From: Utricularia gibba
Taxonomy: Eukaryota; Plantae; Magnoliophyta
NCBI GenBank assembly: GCA_002189035.1
Contig: NEEC01000013.1
Location: forward strand, 806,001-870,000
Direction: 5' to 3'
DNA length: 64,000 bases
The first letter of the stretch is position 1. Each line of letters begins with the position of its first letter. Position numbers and translations under genes: made by a program. Below are positions 54,449-64,000 of this stretch, piece after piece. Under the pieces are notes generated by a model. That model was given only the letters and a program-made list of their open reading frames with translations, made no database searches and was not told the origin of the DNA.

Positions 54449-54743
54449 TGTGTTTTGTGATTTCTAGTATTATTTTTATTCTATCTGAATATCATTTTAA
54501 TAAATTGATAAGTGTCGTAACACTAGAAATAATCATGAAATTCTCTTAAAATTTAAATAATATTTAAACAATACTTGAAAAATTCAGAAAAACAATATCA
54601 AAAATATTACTCAAATTAATTACATTTATATTTATATCTAAAATATCAACTCAATATTATTTATTAACTTTATATAATAAAGTTCATATTATATTTTTTT
54701 TATCATTTTGTAGATAAACAGTATTTTGATTACTTTATTAGAC

Positions 54744-55080
54744 TTAGTCTTTGCTGGTGCACACATGCGGTGTGGCATTAGGGGCGGGGTAGGTTCCCCT
54801 CTCAGAGCGGGGCGTGGCATGGTGTGAGGGCACATGTCTCGGTGCACTCCCCCATGCACGCGCATATGCCTGCCCATCGCGAGGAGCCTGCGGATGTGGC
54901 GACACGACTGCAACGAGCGAGATGGCAAAGCAATGCTGCGCACACGTGATGCTCGTGTGACCTCCCATATATTCTCTTTGTGCTTCACCAATTGCACATG
55001 CGGAAGCCTGCCATGGTGAGGAGTGCCGGGCATGGCGAGGGAGATGGTGAAGTATTGCCACACATGCAGGACGATTGTCA
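54744..55080. other. GC/CpG-rich island of unknown origin inside AT-rich repeated flanks
   Basis: Abrupt compositional shift; flanking AT units (ctcaaatta.ttacatt..atttatatctaaa) are repeated on both sides. Confidence 0.6.
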
Positions 55081-55624
55081 TTAACAATATATATATTGTT
55101 TGGAAATATAAATAATATTTTGATTAGTTTGTTATCAATTTTAGATATCTCAAATTAGTTACATTAATATTATATTTATATTTATATCTAAATATCATAT
55201 TAATAATATTTATTAAATTTATATAATAAAGTTAATATTAGATTTGTTATCATTTTTTTGAAATATAAACAATATTTTTATTAGTTCATTGTCACTTATA
55301 TATATATCTCAAATTAATTACATTAATACTGAATTTATATACTAAAGTTAAAAACAATATTTTGAAGTTAATTTAAAATTATAAAGTTTGGATTAGTTTG
55401 AAAAAAAAACAATAAAACTAATTTAAAATGAAAATTACAAACATTTAGACATCCAATCTTCTACTCATGCTCATCATCTTCTTCTGCACCCCTATTGCGC
55501 CTAACACCAATACTAGAAGTAGGAACAATCAAGTTAGGCCCAGGAGGAACGGGTGGAGTTGTAAACTGCCTGTAAGCCCAAGGACAAGTCATTCTCGCCA
55601 TTGAAGAAAAAACCATGTTTTGAT

Positions 55625-56798
55625 AGATATTTGGTAACATATCAAATCATATCTCTATAAAGATCTCATCTTGTGGAGATATGTATATGTTCCAAATCTT
55701 ATCTATATGAAATCTTTTATTTTGAGTTTAATCAATATTAATCTCAAAATAACTCTCTATTTAATTTATCTACTTTACTAATTACATCCCATGTAATTGT
55801 GTCATCCTATTTTATATCAATGAGTGACTTCACTATTGTGTGTGACCCTATAGGCTTCTTCAATCAAGGCCGTAATAATGGATTTATTTATTAACTCTTA
55901 ATTAATCAAATCTATCATTATCGATCATGAGTGATGTCTAGCAACATATCATGATCCCCAAGATTAAAGAATAATCAAGTGAACTGATTGAGACTTTCCA
56001 TGACCAGCCACTATGCAATGAACAACTTTCATCATACTTATATCTCATTCGATACCAAAACATGGGTGTGTGTTTTTATGATGTATCGAACTTATAATTG
56101 CATTCAAGCACTAACACTCAATGACCTACTCAAACAATTCGAGTGTCATTACCCTGGGCCCAGGGCTTACTGTTAGGCTTTGATGCAATTATTTGAGATA
56201 TGATCTCATCGCTAACATAAGTGATGAATTCTTTATTGATCAATTAACTATCTCCAACCTTAAGGAGTCACATCCCTACTCATCCATACAAGGCAAGCCA
56301 TGGTTAGGCTCCCATTAGTAATGAGAGAAAATATGAGCTTAAGATCAAGATAACTTTATTGAACTCAAGTTTAAACTTATTTGCACGGCTGTCATATTAG
56401 AGATCTTGCTACTGACACTTGGTTAGCTTCTCATAGTAGTATCTCGAAGATGAGTCATCCAATGAATTGATTCTCTAATCAACACCTACATATAAGTTCT
56501 AGTAATCTCATTATATCAATTGTGAGAACCATTGCCTAAACAATTTAGGGAACTTAATGTGTGTCAACTTATCCGTATTTGTAATATCCTCATTTCACAA
56601 ATACTCTAGCCAGGGAGTTTTTTAACTTAAGCATAAGTGCTCGAAGAATCTCACATTACGATCTTATCATAATTTCTGTAGCACATAGATTAAGTAGAGG
56701 ATTTTATCAATGATATAAATTTGATCACAATTCAAAATAAATATCAAAAGATAAGATTTGTCAATAAGTTGATTGTCTCTAGAACACATACACTAACA
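55625..56798 (-). mobile_element. Truncated LTR, same family as the 4301-5606 foldback
   Basis: 55625-56070 aligns to 4555-5005; the right end cactaaca is the reverse complement of an LTR start (tgttagtg). Confidence 0.85.
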
Positions 56799-56799
56799 A

Positions 56800-58290
56800 C
56801 TGAGCTACAAGGGTTGTGAGAACGTGTATCTGGATATGATTCTCAAGTAGACTCATTATGCATCATCGGCCAATATGAACTACCAAATAGGTAGTTGTGC
56901 ATCTGGTGAGAGGCTATCTCAGCTAATTGTCTCATCATGTTTGAATCCGCAAATGTCATATTTGTCATACGATATTGAATCATCAAATCAAATTTATTAA
57001 TATAGCAAATAATAGTATAAACATGTAGTCTTATTGCATAAGATAGAGGCTGTGCCACTCCACCTAACCATCCAGTACTGAATTCAATAGGGGTGTTGCC
57101 AAGAAATCTTATTGTCACCCTTTCATACCACTCATAATATTCCTTCTCAAAAACTACACAGCCATTAGAGTGATAAAGATGGTCCATCCCAGCATTCCAA
57201 GTCTCAAAAAATTGAATATTTCTTGATTCCCAACTCTGATCCTTTGCAGTCCAACGACTTGGTGGATGATCAGTCGGATTGGCTGGTATACATAATGGTA
57301 ACCCAAACTGATGAAAGACTCTATGAATATTATGATGCTTAACAATCCAGAAAAATAGTAAGGGCCCACAATATGTCCAAATCTTCCGACAATTTTCTTC
57401 AACATCTCGAAAGTCTCTAGTGGAGTAAGGTCTCCACTTAAATTGTAAAAATTGTTATTTAAGCAATCATAAATAAAAAGGATGCTTTGAATAAATTTAC
57501 CTTTTCGTGTCCAATAACATCTAGACTATCTCTGTAAATAAGAAGTTGATTGTGAGCTATAGTCGTTCTATTCATAATTGTAGCATATCTTTCATATTAA
57601 AGAAGAATAATTAACAAATAAAGTGAATTATATTTCTATCATAAAGAAATTAGTGCATTCAACCATAAATCATATGACATACCCGATTGTATGATACATC
57701 CGGAAAAGGCATACGATCTATGAGTGTAGTGTTTGAATTTGACTCCAAGCCCATAACTGAAAAGGTAATCATAAATCATTTGAAAAAATTAAAAAGTAAT
57801 AATTTTCATTAACAAACCTGTAAAAGTCGCATAGGGCCGCCGATGGTCTCTCTTCCAATTATGCATCCTTCACTCAAGCTACGATACAAGTAAGCTAAAA
57901 CTGTTGAACCCCAAACTAAGTACCCCTATTTCTTCGTCATTTGCGATCAAATACAGATAAGAAATACAACATTTATTGCCTTTCATATTAGGGAAAAAAA
58001 CCCCAAAAATGATCAACGCGGCAATACAACGAGCATACCTTAGTATATCTTGATGATCTGAATCAATATCAACTTTCTCTCCAAACTCCTTAACATAATC
58101 TTTAAATTTGGGAAGCGAAAATTTAGACGCACTTCTTAGCTGAGGCTCTCTCCATCCAAATTTGTTTTCAAGAAATTCTATCCATTCATTTACCTTCCGA
58201 GATGTCCTTCTGCTATAGATGGTATCGCCACCCACTCGAAATCCCCAAATGATGGATACATCCTGTAGCGTAACTATTGCATGCAAAATT
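56800..58290 (-). pseudogene. PMD gene remnant 3, convergent with the MULE transposase
   Basis: IVTLQDVSIIWGFRVGG, RYARCIAALIIFGVFFPNMKGN, frameshifted YLVWGSTVLAYLYRSL, LWAWS exon and EYYEWYERVTIRF. Confidence 0.88.
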
Positions 58291-58578
58291 AAGAATATTT
58301 TTAAAATATTGATAATCCAATGAAATAAACGAATTACTAAATATATATTGATAAATCATTTAAAACAAATCAAATATTAAAATATTCTCAAATCACAATA
58401 AAACTAAATATATTAGAATATTTTAATTTCTAAAAATTTTGCTTTAAAAATTACATAATTAAAATATAAAAAATATATGAAAGACTAACAAAAAATAAAA
58501 TAAAATAAATCAAATTATATAAAATTTTTACAGCAAATTTATTTAATATGAGTAAAAAAATTCATAACAAACTTATAG

Positions 58579-59306
58579 AAAAATAAAATATAATAAATAA
58601 TTATACAATTATTAATTAAATTAAAAACATAATTGAATTATATAAACACACTGTAAATAAAAAATATAGAATTCAATCTAAATAACACGTTTATTAATTA
58701 ATAAATAAATAAAATCCTATATTTTATTTAACACTAATTAATAAATAAATAAACAAATTAACAAAAATATAATACATAATCAATGAATTTTTGAAGAAAA
58801 ATAAACACTAAAAGATAAATTCAATTAGTAAGTAAACAATTATTTCTAAAAATGAAAATAAAAAAAAATAACAATAAAATATAATAAATAATTATATTTT
58901 ATATAATTATACAATTATTATAATTAAATTAAATTAAATTAATAAATAAATAAATATAATGAAAAATAAAATATTATACAATTATTAATTAAATTAAATT
59001 AATAAAAATGAAAAATAAAATATAATAAATAATTATACAATTATTAATTAAATTAAAAACATAATTGAATTATATAAACACACTGTAAATAAAAAATATA
59101 GAATTCAATCTAAATAACACGTTTAATAATTAATAAATAAATAAAATCCTATATTTTATTTAACACTAATTAATAAATAAATAAACAAATTAACAAAAAT
59201 ATAATACATAATCAATGAATTTTTGAAGAAAAATAAACACTAAAAGATAAATTCAATTAGTAAGTAAACAATTATTTCTAAAAATGAAAATAAAAAAAAC
59301 TAACAA
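58579..59306. repeat. Near-identical ~295-bp direct duplication (58579-58876 and 59010-59306)
   Basis: Both copies share cacactgtaaat...taacacgttt...cactaaaagataaattcaattagtaagtaaac with only a few differences. Confidence 0.9.
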
Positions 59307-59489
59307 TGAACCTCAAGTGGCCTCGCCTCTCTCTAGTTGTAATCATTGAATGCGTAAAACTTGGGTTGTTATACCACATGCAAAAAAAAACATGAATAAA
59401 AAACAAACAAAATATAAACACATTTTATTGCACTCTTTTAGTCTAAAATATCAACTTTTGCTATCTACTTTATTAGACCAGCCATCTGT

Positions 59490-62400
59490 GTAATGTTGGG
59501 TAGGAGTTATTACACACATGTTGGGGTGTTGTGAAATAATAGTTCAATATCGAATTGATTTTTGTTTGAAGCCCAAGATGAATGATTACGAATAAAGCAA
59601 CCTCAATCATTGAGGGCTGGTAGTGAATAGAAAGGGGAAGAGAGAAGTACTTTGGAGATTTGAGCCTTCATGATGACAAAATGAGTGAGTAATTCAAGTG
59701 ATAGTTGAAGGTTATTGACTTCACCTATGACATTTGAGTGGTTTGTTATTGTCGAAGTTTTTCCATCCTTTTTCTCTTGATTGAAGCTATGTTATGATGT
59801 GATGAATTATCAACTTGATATTCTATCGGTTATGGTGAATATTGGTGATAGTTGATTTACTTTAAGTCGAATACTTTGTGTCAATTTTTTACTTGTATTA
59901 TCAAATCAATATTTCTTATTGTTAACACTCGTAATCTATTGGTAACAGTGGTAGCAAAGTACGTTACTATTGAGGGGTGTTGAAGATATGTGTGACAAAT
60001 ACGAGAATTTGAGTGTTTCTAAAATGAATGAGATGAACTATTCAATATGTAGTACAAAGATTCAAGCTGCACTTGATTGAAAGGATTTGTTGGACTCACT
60101 TCTTGGTGAGAGAGGAGATAGAATCACTTACAAAATTTGAAACAAAATGCATTGCAGAAAATGCTCTAGATCCTACTCAGCATGGATAATAATTATTGTA
60201 ATAGAGTGACTAAAAAGGTAGAAGCTCATAAACTTTGGGCTGAGTTACAAGAGACGTTTCATCAAAATATTTTCTGAACAAAATTTAGTTATTTGAAAGA
60301 CTTTTGAGTATGAGATATAAAGATGGAGATGCTATGAAGGACCATCTTCACAAGTTTAAGAAGATAGCCGATCTTCTACTAATAACAAGTATGAAACATG
60401 ATGAAGTGATAGCTTCTTTGTTTCTCATATCCCTCTTGAAATCATGGTAGATATTAAAGATCATAATCATGTACTAATGCAACCAGCCTATTATTCGAAT
60501 ATGTTTCTCATCATCTGGTCCAAGAATAACTAAGAATGAAGAATTTGAATCTAGAGAACAACCCATTGGGAATGGTAACTCCAACAGTAGGAGAAGAAAA
60601 TTAAATAAAGAAATTTGAAAGAGATTTTTTGAAAGTAAAGTCAAGTGGGTATAGTAAGTCTGAGGATAGAGGTAAAAATCAAAACTTGATAAAGGAAAAT
60701 ACTTAATCCTACTTTCATTGTGGAAAGAAAGGTCACCTTAGAAATGATTGCCCACACTATCAAAAATTGAAGAAGAATAAAATGGGGAATAAACATTGGA
60801 ATTCTAAAGATTCTGATAGTGAAGATGAGAAATTGGTCAACAGAAACAATGGCTAGGATTGAAGATTTAGATATTGTGACTAATCTAGGCATAGTCTAGC
60901 ATTGAAGGATATAAGATATGTCCTAAAGCTCCATGTAAACCTTATGTTACTTGGTTTGCTTGACTTGGCAGATACAAACATTAATTTGGTGATAGAACTT
61001 GGAAACTGCGAAAATGGTCATTGCTCATTGTAAAAGGAAAAAAATGAATGAAACACTATATAATATTGAAGTCAAGATGAGTGATCACATGATCAACTTG
61101 GTTAGCGATAATTCATGTTCAAAATTGAATATTCGGTATCAAAAATTGGGCTATCTAGCTAAAAGTGAAATATATTACCTTATTAGAAAGGATTATTTAT
61201 CTGATTGTAAATTTGAAAATCTGGATAAATGTGAGCATTGCATTGTAGCAAAATAGCATTGAGTTGCCCTCAAGGAAAATATCTCTAGAATAGCATTGAC
61301 TTGATCTATTCTGATGTAGGGGGACCAGAGAATGAGGCTACATTTATTGGAAAGAAGTATTACTTGACATTCATTGATGATCATATAAGACAATCTTGAA
61401 TATATTTGATAGAATGGAAATCTGATGTGTTCAAGATATTCAAGAAATTTCGTCAAATGGTAGAAAGAGCAACCTGAAGAAACCTTAAAATGTTTCATAT
61501 TAATAATGGTGAAGAATTCCATAGTGATGAATTCAAGTCTTGTTGTAAGGATTTGGGCATTGATAAGGTTTAGACAGAGCCAAGAACCTCTAAATATAAT
61601 ACAATCCTTGAGAGGTTCAACAGAACCATTTTTGATAAAGTGAGAAGCATGCTGAGTGATGCTAAATTTCTTGGAAAATTTTGGGGAAAAGCATTATCTA
61701 TAGTGAACTATTTGTCAAATAAAAGTTCTAAAACAATCTTGAGTTTTGAAGTTTTAGTGTTCATATAGTCAAGTAAGATGCTTAGATTTTATTATTTAAA
61801 AGTATTTGAATATAAAGTGTCAGGACCCATGTCCAGGGCCCAAGAGGCATGAGGCATGACTGCCAAGTCCCATCAAACGTTAGCACTCAAGGCAACTTAA
61901 CCCCTTTGTAACATGGAGAAATATCTTTCAGATGGCTATATGTATACTAACTCACAACCGTTCAAACATGCAAAAGGAACTATGTCCAGCCTACTAAGCA
62001 TATTCCTCACAACGTAGTTAAGGTTCCAAGAGCTATTCTTGATCTAACACAACTTCTACAGCTAAACTCCTACTTTAGTTGATCACCAGACCTTCTGCCA
62101 TTCCCCTCTACACCTGGAACAAGTTAAAACATAGACTGGTCATGCTACTTAAGTTTGGTAAAATATAAACATGAATGAAGTGAAGAAAAGGTGTTTGAGC
62201 ATAAAGACTCAAAGTCAAGCACATATCCAAGTAGTGAGTCCCATTGCCTATCTTTGCCCAATACCCTTGATCTTTCAGTTTAGGCATCACCTCCAGATCT
62301 TAGGAAATGGGTCATGTGTTGCCTAAGTTCTTTAGTAGTGTTCAGAAGAGCCACCAACCGAACACCACCTCTAAACTTAGACCATAGCATGCATAAAACA

Positions 62401-64000
62401 TGTTCTCTAGTCTTTCTTGATTGGCTTATCCATAGGGATGCCTCACACATGTCTGACATATTTAGCCATGAATCTCATGGTTAAAACCATGTTGCTAGAA
62501 GTGTGGGTCCACACTCCTCTCCATTTCTTAACATATATTCACATAGCACATAAACAAAGAACATTGAGCACCTTATACATCTCGAAAGGGAACACTTGTT
62601 TGGAAATCGACCAACAAGGCACCTAATCCTTGGAAGAAAACAATTTAGGTTTTGAAAGAAGAATTTTAGGGACTCTAAATAGAGTTGAGGCACCAAGACC
62701 AAAAGGACGTGCCTTGGTGGACTTTTCACACATTGAAGAACAAGTAAGAGAAGCAAGTTCATGAAAACAGGGAAGAACACTTTCCAAAACAGAATAGTAA
62801 CACATATGCAATTAACCACATATGTTCCAGAGAAGCATCAAAACATGCTTCTAAATAAAAAAGTAGCACTCATCCCACTTACCTTATTCCCTATAGAAGT
62901 AATCCCTTTCTACAACTAGAACCAAGAACTTTCCCCCTTCTCACTAGCTGTATTCTCTACCCTCCTTCATCTTCAACTATGATTCTTCAGCTTTTCCAAC
63001 GTGACTCTATTCACTGAACCTAGGAGACATCATGAGTCAGCATCCCCTCTATCTTGAGGTTGCCATGTGGCCTTTCCTTTAGATAGCATCTGCTTCATCT
63101 CCATTGGTTAATAAAAACAACCTCCATACTGGTGTGGGCCACATCCTGTATTGATTTCATACATAACCATGATCATTAGAGAGGTATTATGCTAAACTCC
63201 AGCAAAGGATGTCGCAGACCATAACATAAAGTCTTTTTTCTTATACTTAAGGGACAACAAAAGAAGTTGGATGATCATTCTTTCCCATGTATTTTTCAGG
63301 TATATGGTAAGTTGGAGCTTGGGTGCAAATTGAAGAATCCAGGGAAGTAGAAAGTTGTAACATTGAGTGATATAAATTTTTTTCAATTTGAATGCGTATC
63401 TCTTAGTGGCAATGAAAAATCAGTTAAAGTAGAGTTTCATATTAATTTGGACTCCAATGTGTGTAATTCAAATCGTATTGAGACTTTGAATTTTGATCTA
63501 AAAGCGCTAATGATACAATAAATGATCAACAACCTAAACAATTGGCCAAAACGAGGGAAAGACAATCTTTGATATAGCAGATACCATCTACTAGATATCT
63601 AGCTTCAAACTACATTTTTTTTTTTACAGAGCATAAGGAGTAAGAAAATTTCAGTAAGACAATGAACTCAACTGACAGAGGTAAATGGATTGTTATAATG
63701 ACTAATGAGATGAACTGTTGAAATAAAATTAGACTTATGAGTTGGTTCAGTTTCCTCCTAGGAAGAAAGCTCTTGATAACCAATGGTTTTATTAACTTGA
63801 AAAATTTTGATGAGACTATTTGACATAAAGCTAGATTTGTGGTCAAGAAATATTGACAGAAAAAAGGAATAAATTATTTTGAAATCTTTGCACATGTTAA
63901 ATCTGTTATGATAAGATTGCCACTTCCCTTACCAGCTCATTTGGATTTAGAATTGAACAATATGATGTGAAAATAGTTTTCTTCCATGGTGATCTTCACG
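59490..64000 (+). mobile_element. Decayed Ty1/copia element (putative 5' LTR, PBS, gag, integrase, RT)
   Basis: Degenerate tRNA-Met PBS aaca-gtggtagcaaagt (59944-59960), zinc knuckle HCGKKGHLRNDC, CEHCIVAK, YYLTFIDD and RT motifs KARFVVK..QKKGINY and DVKIVFFHGDL. The 5' LTR start is uncertain. Confidence 0.88.
61818..63362 (-). mobile_element. LTR-like insertion interrupting the copia integrase
   Basis: TG...CA ends (tgtcaggacc ... gttgtaaca); copia frame YLKVFEYK stops at 61817 and resumes near SDINFF after 63363; no clean TSD. Confidence 0.55.

Noticed and set aside
50950-59400. Terminal inverted repeats enclosing the MULE transposase and PMD
   Set aside because: No matching termini or 9-bp TSD found by eye, so their membership in one element remains an inference.
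1-64000. tRNA, rRNA, snoRNA or conserved miRNA genes
   Set aside because: No recognisable mature sequences or structures were seen; a covariance-model search would be needed to exclude them.

Overview
AT-rich plant (dicot-like) nuclear DNA. Six intact-looking genes: PH-domain RopGAP (16045-21700, -), SF3b p14 splicing factor (24972-25352, -), a membrane-anchored glycosyltransferase-like gene (25873-28184, -), a CIPK (38744-41786, -), calmodulin (43061-43969, -) and a FANTASTIC FOUR-like gene (46879-47571, +). The rest is largely nested transposon debris: a decayed Athila-like Ty3/gypsy, MuDR/MULE transposase remnants, three Plant Mobile Domain (PMD) remnants, two hAT-type MITEs with exact 8-bp TSDs, solo or partial LTRs, Ty1/copia remnants and a plastid rps7-ndhB insert. 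The best leads are a ~560-bp-arm foldback built from LTR sequence with a homologous copy ~50 kb away, a MULE-associated PMD cargo family, a spliced-looking region downstream of the SF3b p14 stop, and a calmodulin with a divergent linker and a latent splice donor over its stop codon. All alignments and identities were read by eye and family assignments come from recalled motifs; no database searches were run.
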